DNA of 47,713 nt from positions 1-47,713 of the forward strand of contig CAJVPI010000160.1 in NCBI GenBank assembly GCA_910592345.1, written 5' to 3'. Below are positions 12,470-23,685 of this stretch, one piece after another. The position numbers and the translations under genes were made by a program. The stretch comes from Paraglomus brasilianum. Its lineage: Eukaryota. The stretch's first letter is position 1. The number at the start of each line of letters is the position of its first letter. The notes beneath the pieces are model-generated. The model ran no database searches. It was not told the origin of the DNA and saw only the letters and a list, made by a program, of their open reading frames with translations.

Positions 12470-13185
12470 TTGCCATAAAAAGTATACACTTTATTTATTG
12501 CTTTAGCATATCCCTGTTCAGCTGCTTTTTCATATAACTCAAGTGCTTTTTTAATATCTGCTTCTACCCCAATTCCGTTTTCATAATCCAGGCCAAGAAT
12601 ATTGTGCATAACCATTTCCTTCTTTAGCTCTTAATTGACAGTAGTTACATAACTAATGTTAAAATTTGACCCGGCCATTTCACTATAATAATAATGCCTA
12701 CTGTTTTTAGGGTCCGTATTATTTCATCGACAATCATTTCACCGACAGTACATTTCACCGACAATTAACTACCAAAAAAGGATAACTTCGAAATAATGTC
12801 GGTGAAGATTTGTCGGTGAAATGATTGTCGGTGAAATGATTGTCGACGAAATGAATGATTGCCTCCCCTGTTTTTAACTTGTATTGACACATATTAATAT
12901 GCTGGTTCTGCACTCTGATATAACTCGGCTACTTTTTTATACCATCCAACTGTTTTTTGTTCATCTTTTTCTACTCCAGTTCCATTTCATAACAAAAAGC
13001 AAGATTATATTGAGCACTGGCATCTCCTTTTTCAGCTGCTTTTTTATAACATTCAACTGCTTTTTGTTCATCTTTTTCTACTCCTGTTCCACTATAATAC
13101 CAATCAGCAAGATTGGTTGGGTCCTTGTTCAGCTGCTTTTTGTACACTCAACTGTTTTCTGTTCATCTTTTTCTACCCCAGTAGT
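12470..13185 (-). pseudogene. Sel1-like repeat (SLR) gene relic, interrupted by a MITE
   Basis: Minus strand reads GVEKDEQK...KAAEQG, GTGVEKDEQKAVECYKKAAEKGDASAQYNLA, GLDYENGIGVEADIKKALELYEKAAEQGYAKA, with frameshifts and stops. Confidence 0.85.
12710..12867. mobile_element. Mutator-like MITE (158 bp) with 9-bp TSD
   Basis: CTGTTTTTA at 12701-12709 and 12868-12876; GGG...CCC termini; internal inverted arrays CATTTCACCGACA / TGTCGGTGAAATG. Confidence 0.8.
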
Positions 13186-13392
13186 AGAGAAAATATAGCG
13201 GACTTGGGACTGTTTTTTTCCCCGTCGTCATTCGACTGACGACAGTTTTGCGATCGCATCGTCATTCATCATTTTTTTAACGATTTTTCATCTAATTCGT
13301 TTAATTTCGGGAGGAATTGGCGCAATTTTCGTTTTTGCATCGTCTCTCGAATGACGACAGTTTTGCGATTGCATCGTCATTCGAATATGGTA

Positions 13393-14055
13393 CCACGCTG
13401 TACAACATAAAAGTCTAATAAAAAATTCGTATGGTGCGGGAAAGCATAACTCGACAATTTTATGAAATTTCTGGCGCCGATCCAAAGTCACGTTTTGTTC
13501 GACAGACCAATAATATTATGAAAATTTACCATGTATAATTCGACTATTAACCGATTACGCTGAAACGTTTGTTCCTTCTCTGATTCCCGACTAAAGATTA
13601 CTACCATTTTAACGAAACCGTTTCGATTACAAAGACACAAAGAACTGATCAATTACAAATGAAACCAATTCGATTATGAAAGACAGAACAAATCAATCGG
13701 TTATACTGAAACATTATTATTATAAGCGAAACTGATTAAGCTGAAACATTATTGTAAGCGAAACCATAGTGCCGGCCCGAATGTAACAAATTCCACCAAT
13801 ATAATCTATATCACGTGACTTATTTACGCGTTTTGTTTCAAAATTTGGAGTTATGCTTGTTTCAAATTCGGGTCAATAATATAGAAAGCAACCAAGTTTA
13901 AATGCTTACAACTTTTCACACAGACAATACTTTTAAATTTTGAAAATATGATTTTTTTAGGGAGTTGAAAGGGTTTAAAGTCATACCATTTTATTGTCGA
14001 GTTATGTTTTCCCGCACCATATATAAAAGAAAATTTGTGAAAATTATACACGTGG
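13393..14055. mobile_element. Non-autonomous TIR element, about 660 bp
   Basis: TATGGTGCGGGAAAGCATAACTCGACAAT (~13430-13458) is the near-perfect inverse of ATTGTCGAGTTATGTTTTCCCGCACCATA (~13993-14021); outer ends CCACG...CGTGG. Confidence 0.65.
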
Positions 14056-14355
14056 CTTATCGGACTTGTTAACCAGTGAAAAGTATTTTCCTGCGTGTGC
14101 TCCGGAATGTTACGCTGATACTAGTGTTCTTGTTTATGGAAACTATCGTGACATTTCTACTCATACATCACTATGATGTAATGATGTGTTACACTAGGCG
14201 AATATCGATACCCGCTTATGCTTTACTATTGGTTGACAGTGATCGTTGTCACACTCCTTACTGCACAAATACATATTTATACTTATAAGGTCGCGCACGA
14301 CAACAATACATCTTCTCATCTAACACGCAAACGCGTGTCTACTCATACATATATA

Positions 14356-14522
14356 CACAGGCAAACTCGATAAGTCGGTCTCTCGATGATTCAATTTTGG
14401 CCTAAGAAGGCCAAAACTTCCCAAGCCCTTTTCTCAGTTTTAATATTTAAAATCTCTCGATAAGTCGGTTCTCTCGATAAGTCGGTCCATCATGCATGAC
14501 CGACTTATCGAGTTCGCCTGTG
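14356..14522. mobile_element. Tc1/mariner-type MITE (167 bp), TA TSD
   Basis: 25-bp TIRs CACAGGCAAACTCGATAAGTCGGTC / GACCGACTTATCGAGTTCGCCTGTG flanked by TA, with internal copies of CTCGATAAGTCGGT. Confidence 0.85.
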
Positions 14523-14677
14523 TATACCCAGACACTCCTTTCCATTGCACATGTATCGCCTCACAACAAACTCTCCTCCTCCAAAGCGCAAATACAATGT
14601 TATCGAGAAGTTAGCGAATCTTCTTCCCTAATCGTCAAAACTTTTTTCTGGACCAACACCCTATACCAATACTTACC

Positions 14678-15759
14678 ATGTCTACTTCTACAACTGAGCA
14701 CGATGCATATTTAGTCAAAAACTGGGACACAGAGACACTTATCCTTTATCTGTAAGAACAGGGCCTCCAAATTAACGACGATGATTTTGTTATTATTCGC
14801 AACGAAGAGATCTCTGGTCAAGACTTTCTTGATATGACTAGATATGATTTCACGCAAGCAGGTTTGGAATTGGGGCCGGCAATGAGACTCGCAAAAGAAG
14901 CCAATGCCCTTAAAGCCACCACGCCGCGCCGAAGCGGTTATTCTCATCGTACCGCAGTTTGAGCGAGGTGCTGGTAAAATATGGTATGGAATCCGAAGGT
15001 ATCGGTGCAATTCCGTTATTCAACCCACCAGCCCATAAAATCCAAGATGACGATAAGTATTTCGAAGAATGCATCACAGAAATCAGCAAAAGGTTAAAGG
15101 AATTGTGATACTTTGTATCCAGACAGTTTGGAAGCCATGCGTAATGAATACGTTGTTGCAATACTCCACACTGCACTCCTTATTGTCAGGGATGATAAAA
15201 AAAAAGAGTTTATTATGAGACCTCAACGGAAAATTATCGAGGGAAAAAGTTTTGGACATGTCGGTTACGCAATTAAGGTAGCGGGTGTAAGCCCTATTAT
15301 CGAAAATAACTGGCTCTGGTAACACTTTATTTTTTTATTGCGGAATAATGACACTTCCAGGATTCTGAGAACTTTATTTACATCACGTCGGATAAATAAC
15401 ATAAAATTCCATGGGGTTTGCTCAGAACATCAAACAGCTAGAAAGTTTGTTTGAAACTAACAAGAGGAAACGTAAGCGGGATGAAGCATTTCGACGGTGA
15501 TTTCGATTACCTTTATGGTATTGTAACAACGGGACGAGATTGGCACTTTCTGCTATATAGTCCTGGCGAAAGTGCACAAAGTGAAACTTCCTATACAATC
15601 GAATTTAACAAAAAAGCTTTGGATAAGGACTCGAAAGAATATCAATATTTGCATAAGAGTGTGAAAAGGATTTTGGAACAATTGAAGGATCGGGTGTGTG
15701 TAGAAAAATTGCCTTCAAGTAAACGAACCAGAGTAGAGGGATATCGCTCGAAAATATAA
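14678..15759 (+). pseudogene. SAM-domain + PD-(D/E)xK nuclease-like (Crinkler-type) gene relic
   Basis: MSTSTT...VKNWDTETLILYL*EQGLQINDDDFVIIRNEEISGQDFLDMT...GLELGPAMRL is a SAM fold with TAA at 14753. Frameshifted pieces follow: EAMRNEYVVAILH, GHVGYAIK|intron 15278-15360|DSENFIYITSDK, GFAQNIKQLES, YLYGIVTTGRDWHFLLY. Confidence 0.8.
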
Positions 15760-17203
15760 TTACTTACAGAAACGTTGTGTAATAGGCAGTCTTGAACTTT
15801 TTTTCTGGAAAAACTTGTTTGCACTTTGCTGGATCGATCTTTTTTGTACTTGCCAATAATAGCAACAAGCGTGATGCTTATTGAATAATGCCCCCTACTG
15901 ATCGTATGTAATATCGATGCAATATATAGAAAAATAATGAGTTTCTACATAGCCGTCACCCAGAGGACAAACAAGTAATGCTAGTAATGTAATAAAACAA
16001 TGAATTATAGAAAAACAAAGGAATAGTATAAGCCTTCAAATGACGAGACATGAACAATAGTGATAAAATTACAATTCTGCTCTATACTACCACCTTTCCC
16101 AACTATTCTCTCTCTGTTGCTCATGCTCTAAAACGGATCATGTCTTAGTGTGATATAAACTTTTCTCTACATCTCAACCACTCCGCCCTATGTGCGTACA
16201 CACGGTTCTATCATTATCTGTAGAAGTTTTTTTTCCGAGTCGACTTTCTCAAGCTTTCTTCTTTCGCCGACGCGTGGTACTAATCAGTATATGTTTGCTG
16301 ATTATCAGTGGCTTAATCTAGACGTTTACATACCATATAGGAAGTTGTATTGTGCAACGATGGTTTCTAACTATGCAACAGCAGCGTAAGATTTTATTAT
16401 AAACACGATATGGTTCGATTGTAACATAATAAATATCATTACAGCAAATTCTCATTGCTACATGGCATAACTTTGTAGTAACCAACTTCATAAAACAATG
16501 AATTACAACCGATAGTAACAGCAAAACCGTCAGCTTACAAGGTTCACTTGCCAGAGTGACAGAGTGACCAACGCTATGCTCTTCCTAGTCATGCTGGCGC
16601 TTTATTATTAATGACCCCTGAAATACACTGTAGTACTTGTTGCAGCATGATCTACGCATTGTTAAATTTAGATATAAAAGATAAGACTGACGTAATCGGC
16701 AGCAGTCTATAAGGTATTCGGAAGGTTTATCAGAAGAATTCAAAAAGATAGGAGAAAGGTGACAGTCTTGTCATTACCATTACCATTTATGTGTTGCGTT
16801 ATCATATCAAAATTATCATAAAGAACGTTGACAACGTAAAGCATGGAATAATCTATTATCCATCTGATGTGCACGCATCTTGCTAATACTAATATGTGAA
16901 TAGACAGCATATTATTCTAATGTCCTAACACTTGACGCAAATGTTTGTGGCGTCTGTCACCCCTTCCACCCCTGAAAATAATGTGTGCCGCACTTTTGGT
17001 TTGTTTCAGCACACCCATTTTAAGTTATTAAGAATTCAAATCCGATCGACATAATAAGGTGCACCAGCCAAACCCTGAATAATAAATACACCATCAATCG
17101 ACATTCTTTAGTTCGGCTTGCTTTTCCTGCCAGCAATTAAGTAAAAATAAAGCAATCCCATTAACGTTCCGTTCTCTAAAACCGTTCAATTCCTAATCAC
17201 ATA

Positions 17204-19488
17204 ATGTCAAGTAACCAAGGCATACTCAAAGACAGGGCCTCGTTAATTGGAGCGTTCTCTCCGGGAAAAGCCAGTCTCCCTACTGGATTTGGAGACATTA
17301 AGAAATTCATTCCAGAAGTAACTCAACAAAATCTGGAGACTACAGAATCGGAGGAATCAGACAGTGACTCGAGTGCGGATAGTTCGGAAGAAAGTGTATC
17401 AACCGACTCTTCCATAACCAGAGTTGCACATTACGACTCGACCCGACCGAAAGTTGTAGATAATATGTCTCAGGAACCCGAAGAGGTAGTAAAGAGACCA
17501 CGCGCAAAGGTGAACATGGACAACATTATCGGCTATACTCGTCCCCAACCATTAACTCAATCTGGGCTTCAGATGCTGGGTGGTGTATCCAACAATCGCT
17601 TCAAAGCTCAATCTGAACTTGTTCGACGTAGTGACTCGGTCGGACATACAAAAGGACGACCATTGGGCGACTCACAAACGATGTTGGACGATGGATTGTC
17701 TTCTTACAAGCCGCAGGCTCTTGTGCGAGATGTCAACCCCCCTCGATACCACAGCTCTAGCCGGTCAGATACGTCATGGAACAGCGATTCAGGGAAGAAT
17801 GACAAATGGTCGAATAACCGCCAAATCGATGACCAACCATCACGTAGACCCTTTGTTCGGACACCATCGATAATCAATGATCCTTTGCCAAACTATTCTT
17901 CCATCGGCCGCAATCGACAGTCTCAGTCAGAAGTGGTCTATCGTCGTCCTACGGAAGCTCCGACAGAGGTTTCACGAGTGAGTGATCCCGGACAAGGGCA
18001 GCCGGTCCGCCGGCCAACAGTTAAAGTCAGTGCGCGATTAAACGAGGATAGCGATAATCTCGATAATAATCAATATGGTAAAATGCGACCACGTGTTTCA
18101 GTCAGCGCGATGGTGGAATTGAATAGTAATAAAACAAAGAGAAAGGTTGTCCAAGACATAGGGAGCGCAAGTGATGAAGAAAGTGGAAGTACGGAAGAGA
18201 GTGGCAGTAGTGAAGACGAGTCGGGCGCAAATAACGAGGAAGATAATTTCGAGTCTTTGATTAATATAAAAATCCAGCAGGAGGTAAAGAAAGTTTGAAA
18301 GGAGGAGGAGGGGGAGGGGGATGTGGCTGCATCTTTTGGGATAACATTGTGATTATAATGGTTTACAATTGAACTTATAACGCGTTATGAACAAGCACTA
18401 TTACTTTATCACTGTTGAGATATTCTTTGAGTTTATCAGGATTAGTCCTATTATTCAATTCCTCAAGAAAACCCAATTGCAATCGGTTATCCTTTTTCTA
18501 ACTTGCCTATCATTATTCAGGTGCAAGAATTAAAAGTTTCGAACGAGTCTCTCCTTGCAAGCAATGCTGAACTTGAAGCAAAATTCAAAGAACAAGCAGA
18601 CAAAATTGCAGAATTGTCCTCTCTAAGTTCTGTTGTTGCCGAACAGCAAGAGAAATTGGAAACCATCAAAGAGGTGGAAGAGATTGTAAAGAGCTTAAAA
18701 ATGAAAATTACGGCTGCTGAAGAAGAAATTGTTAATCTTAAGAAACAGGCAGCCGAAAAGACGTGAGTATCTGGACGTTGTGTTTTGCGGTTGGGTGATG
18801 GGTAAAACAATTGTTCTTATATAAACAATTATCTTACGTTTCGTAGGGATGACAAGCAGAAGGTATGAACTTGATATTAATATTTACGGTACCGAGATTA
18901 ATTTGCCTTTTTTTCAAGACTTGATGCTGACGCATTTTTCTCGCTATTATAGACAAGAATGGCATTTTTCGTTAACCCTAGATCACTGCCACTGAATAGA
19001 CTTCCCCCAATAATTTTTGACAGAGGTATTCAAGTCTTCTTATTATATTCCTTTTCGTTGTCAATCATACTCTGTCTTGCTGGTACTCCATTTTCCATCT
19101 CTTGTATAATCCACACTGCGATCGATCTTACCTCTAACCTTTCTTTCCGATCTCCTCGAATTCTTAATTCCTTTTATCGCCAATTACAGTCTACGACGAT
19201 TGCCTAATTCTAATCACCGTTGTTACATCTTTGCTCTACACAATATATGTGTTCCCAGTGATAGTCGCAGCTAGAGCAGCAATGCAGTTTGCCGATAGTT
19301 CGCGATCTCGTATCCAGGAACTGACTGGGACTGTGGAGAATAAGCCGTTGGTTCAAGCTCGTCCTGCAACCGAGAACAACGAGAACAGTAGCAACAGCAG
19401 CAGCAACAGCAGCAACAGCAACAGCAGTAGCAGCAACAACAGCAGCAGTGGTGACAACAAGGGTGAAACTGTATCAGCAGTAGAGTGA
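17204..19488 (+). CDS. Hypothetical protein: disordered S/R/D/E-rich N-terminus, coiled coil, Ser/Asn tail; exons 17204-18283, 18521-18762, 18847-18862, 18953-19025, 19259-19488
   Basis: 360-codon first exon; GT-AG junctions join all five exons in frame, including a 16-nt microexon. Heptad-like VQELKVSNESLLASNAELEAKFKEQ... No family recognised. Confidence 0.7.
19376..19449 (+). repeat. AGC/AAC trinucleotide repeat encoding poly-Ser/Asn
   Basis: AACAGTAGCAACAGCAGCAGCAACAGC... in the last exon. Confidence 0.85.
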
Positions 19489-20162
19489 AACGTTGAAGAA
19501 GGAAGGGATGGTATAGTAGTTATTAAACAATTTGTATAGGTTGAGGATTTGTGTCTTATATGAAATGATACGATTATATGATAAAATTATGTGATAAAAT
19601 AAATATTCGATGGAAGTCTTTGATTCTGAACTTCTTATTATTATCAACATTTCCGGTAGATGGGTCATGAATTAATATTAGAAAAATGCCATATAATCAA
19701 TCGTACTAATCGAAACCTGGGAGTCGATGATTCGGTTTAAAAGCCTTTTGATGTTTAAATGCTACAAAAAGTAAGCTAAACGTGTTTATTGGATAATTTT
19801 CATCCCGCGTATGGAAGTATAGCATGCCGAAACACAGTGACAGCTGCAAATTGAAGTAAAAGTAGTCGCGTTTGTACAACACAAATTAATTGATTTAAAT
19901 AACGTCAATGGACTTTTAACAGCCTTGGTTTAACGTCTAGGTATGTTCAATGAACCTCTCTCCATTCTCAAATTGGAAGTAACGGTTTATGTAGTTGTTT
20001 GTCTAAATTCTTGCAGTTTGTTGTGACACAATTATAATATTTCCCCATTTGGACAAATTTTTAACATTCAATTTTTTGTGATACTAATTTTCGATTATCG
20101 AATTGTTGAATAAAAGTTCCTCGCGATAATAGTTAATAACAAAGACAGATATATAATATACC

Positions 20163-21149
20163 ATGAATGCATCTGGCCGGGGCACTGTTACGCTTCGTTG
20201 CCTAAGACGTTTCGCTCTCTTCCCACGCTATTCTTCTACTTCTCGCTCTTCTCCTTCGCAACCGATCCTCCTTTCAAACCCAGCTTCACCAAAATACCCC
20301 GAACTCGCCCGTGAACCCAAAGTAATAGCAACTTACCCGCTGTCTTCTCTCAACACAATTGACCCATACCTTGATTGGGAAGGCCAAGTCTTTGATAAAC
20401 CATTTCCCGCTTACAAACCACCCGATGTATCTCTATCCGAAAACGAAACAGAAATGCTATCTACAATTTCATCGCTTACTCCCAACGAGATCCAATCAAT
20501 GAAGAGAAAGGCGCTTGTGGTCAAGCGAGTGGTTAATCAAACAGGGAGAGGGAAGATACCATCGATGTATGCATTGGTTGTGGTGGGGAATGGTGATGGT
20601 GTTGGTGGGTATGGCGAAGGGAAAGACGAAGAAGCGGTTATGGCGATTAAGAAGGCAACAAATAAAGCGTTTAGATTGTTAAAGTATTTCGAGAGATATG
20701 ATGACAGGACTGTTTACCATGACATTGAGTATAAGTTTGGAGGAACTAGGCTTAGATTATTTGCTCGACCACCTGGTACGTGGATCATGGATGGTGGAAG
20801 TGAATGGACATGATGTATGTGCTAAATTTAGCAATGTCTGCTATCGCGTTTTATCGGTTACTTACCAAATCTCGCTCAATTATTCCGCTATGTACTGATC
20901 AAAATAATTGTTCATCATCCTCTCTCTCTTTCAGGCTTTGGTATAAGGACTAATCATTACATACATGAAGTCTGTTCTTGCCTCGGTTATTCTGATATTG
21001 CGGGTAAAGTTCTGGGATCTCGTAATCCGATGAACGTAATCAAGGCTACCTTTGAAGCATTTCTATCACAACGGCTGCCGCGGGATATCGCAACACAAAG
21101 AGGGAAGAGGCTGATGGACGTGCATCATGTCTATTATGGAGCTGATTGA
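20163..21149 (+). CDS. MRPS5: Mitochondrial ribosomal protein uS5m; exons 20163-20775, 20935-21149
   Basis: KRVVNQTGRGKIPSMYALVVVGNGDGVGGYGEGK, ERYDDRTVYHDIEYKFGGTRLRLFARPPG|FGIRTNHYIHEVC...GSRNPMNVIKATF. Confidence 0.95.
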
Positions 21150-21157
21150 ATCATATA

Positions 21158-21300
21158 CATCCGTGAAAGAGAAGTATCCGATGGGAGTTATGCAAAGTCC
21201 GGTGTAACAGTGATAAAAGAAATTTGTATCAGTCTGTAGCTTGGTCTTTAAGAATCTGCGCGTAAATTTCGAAGCGTTTAACTTTTTTGAATAATAATAA
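21158..21300 (+). mobile_element. Terminal fragment of a TA-targeting DNA transposon, same family as 47568-47713
   Basis: TA|CATCCGTGAAAGAGAAGTATCCGATGGGA...TTATGCAAAGTCC...TGTAGCTT...AATCTGC...GAAGCGTTTAACTTTTTTGAA aligns co-linearly with 47568-47713. Confidence 0.7.
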
Positions 21301-21467
21301 AACTTTTTGAAAAAGGGGCAATTGCAATTAAAATCTATTTGATCAATCTTTTAACTTTAAAATTTTGTATTAAAGAAATCGAAGCTTGGATTCATAAATT
21401 TATTTTTATTATAACGAATACTAACGTTTGTTTTGTTCTCACTTCTTTTCTGCCATTCCCTTTTTTG

Positions 21468-21900
21468 TATATGGGGCAGACTGCAACAAAACCAGACAAA
21501 GTGAACATTCTGTTAGGTGACATAAATGAGAGGCTGGTGTGGCTAATAGTTAACTAATTTGATGTTTTATTATTCACAACTGCTGGCTCATGCACAAATT
21601 ATGTAAATATAAATTACATTTTTAACTTTATATTATGACAAAATTTAACTAACATTCAACCTTATTGAGATAATTAATATAGGATTATCTCTGTATAAAA
21701 ATATAATATGAAATTAATTTACATTAAATCCACCATGGAACCAAAGAATTACAGTACTATTAGAAGTATTTTAAAAAAAGAACAAGGAGAAAAAATTGCC
21801 CCATATTTTTTTAAAATTAATGATACCCAAACTCTCCAGGATTATCTAGATAAGGAAAAATCACTTACAAAATTTACCAAGAAGAAAGGAAAATAATAAG
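21468..21900 (+). repeat. Dispersed repeat / unknown gene-family fragment, copy 1
   Basis: GGGGCAGACTGCAACAAAACCAGACAAAGTGAACATT... and ATTAAATCCACCATGGAACCAAAGAATTACAGTACTATTAGAAG recur inverted at ~35400-35792 and partly at ~36440-36612. Confidence 0.85.
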
Positions 21901-22149
21901 TATTAAGAAAAGAAAGCAGGATGAGGATGTACCATTACCAAATAAAAGACAAAAATATTTGATAAGATTCTAAACGCAATATTAGTGTATTCCATCTCAC
22001 TGTAATTTAAAAAAGCTCCTTTGTTTTTAAATACTTATTTTGCTCTTTTTTTTTTTTGTAAAACTCTTTATACACGTAGAAAAGATAAAAAATCATGCCA
22101 AAAAAGAATAAAAATACCAAAGAAGGTTTAGAAATTAATTGATGAGATG

Positions 22150-22915
22150 AAGAAAATAGAGAACATAAAGAATTTTGTTGTTGAGATTGTTCTTTATCTC
22201 TTGTTATAAAATGTTCGTTTACCAATCTTCTTTGTTCTCTAATTTAGCCTTAACTAAATGCTCTTTGAATTTCTTTAGTAAGTCTCTTGCTTCTTCTTCC
22301 TTACGAGCATTGTACTGTAAGCCATTCCGAAAATGTTGGCACGTGTCATTCGTGGACTCATGATTTGAATATAAGGCGTTAATTGGTGTCATAACTTACG
22401 GAATGCAATCATATTTTAACGATAGAACCGACTTGTAACTCGTTTCAGCTGGCAATAGTGTAAGCGATTGAGTAATGCGATCGACATTTCTACCCGGACT
22501 TGGTAATCCATGAATTTCCGCATAAAATTCTTCACAGCGGAAGCAACGTTTATATCAATAGTTATCTTGGTTCATCTCCGAATTTGTGGACTTATATTCA
22601 AATAAAGTATCGATTTCTATGAGTTTTAGCTTTGTCGATTGCTCATTCTTGTTGAGAAGGAATAACTGAACTGTTTTTGTTTAGACATTTGGCAATAACA
22701 GCATTCAAATCTGTAAATTGAGTTAGACGTTGTATAAGTAAGTCTAATAATAGAATTTAATAAAGTGTGCGTTTGCAGATTTGATATCTTAGCAAATAGT
22801 GGCGAGTAACTCAGAATAGAACTCAATTTAGTTTCTTCTTACATCTTGGTTTGTTTGTTTTTAGGAATGATGTATGAATTAATCCCTTTCTAATAAGACT
22901 GCCGGCACAAACTCT
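22150..22915 (-). mobile_element. Degenerate DNA transposase fragment, Sola-like, N-terminal part
   Basis: Minus strand reads HGLPSPGR and DTCQHFRNGLQYNARKEEEARDLLKKFKEHL; homologous to ~33395-33610; many stops. Confidence 0.6.
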
Positions 22916-23551
22916 AGTTACATAATCTAAATTAATTAATAAATTAAAAATAGCACCTTTAAAACCTCAAACATATTTACAAGAGTAAACTTGCAAATTT
23001 GGGTAGTTGTAATGTAAATGGAACAATTGAGTCTGATGGATTAACCCGTCGAATGAGTAGAGGTAGCCAAGACTCGTTTGAAAGAGCCAAATTCCAAGGT
23101 CGATAGTTATTCGCTCTCCACGACTATTGGCCATTATTCGGATACATGCTCCGGTCTTCTTGACACACTCAATCAAATTGACATATGAATTAGTGAACTC
23201 CCGTGACGCTTTTTGGATGCTTTCTTTTAGCCACCTTTCAAGTTTATTCCAAAGACGTTCAAATTGGATATGCATTTTAAAAAGCTTGTATAATTCATAA
23301 GGATCGCAAGCCCTTGATTGTCAAATATGAAAGACATCAAAAAGATCGTCCTAATAAAGTTTGTTTATCCAGCTGAAACGTATAGCTTGAAAAGGCAATC
23401 TGAAAAAATAATGCAAGTTTAACTTTTCATGGGGTTGATTTCTCAATAAAGTTGTTGCTGTACTGATAGTGTATATGACGGTGACAATATACCCGTTCAA
23501 AGTGTCATCGAACTTGTTTTGAAATATTTGTTGAGACACGTGTATACAATA

Positions 23552-23685
23552 CAGTCAACCCTCTTTATAGTCATCCCCTCTATAAGCGCATCATATAAAA
23601 CCACACCATGTTTGAGAACGACCTTTTTATGAGCACAAAAGTTTTGCATTGTCCCCGACAGCGTGACTATAGAGAGGGTCGACTG
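23552..23685. mobile_element. pogo/Tc1-type MITE (134 bp), TA TSD
   Basis: TA|CAGTCAACCCTCTTTATAGTCA ... TGACTATAGAGAGGGTCGACTG|TA. Confidence 0.85.

Noticed and set aside
12720..12855. Short regularly repeated motifs, also at 13540-13770 and 34085-34135, superficially CRISPR-like
   Set aside because: No unique spacers and no cas genes, in a eukaryotic context; explained as subterminal TE repeats.
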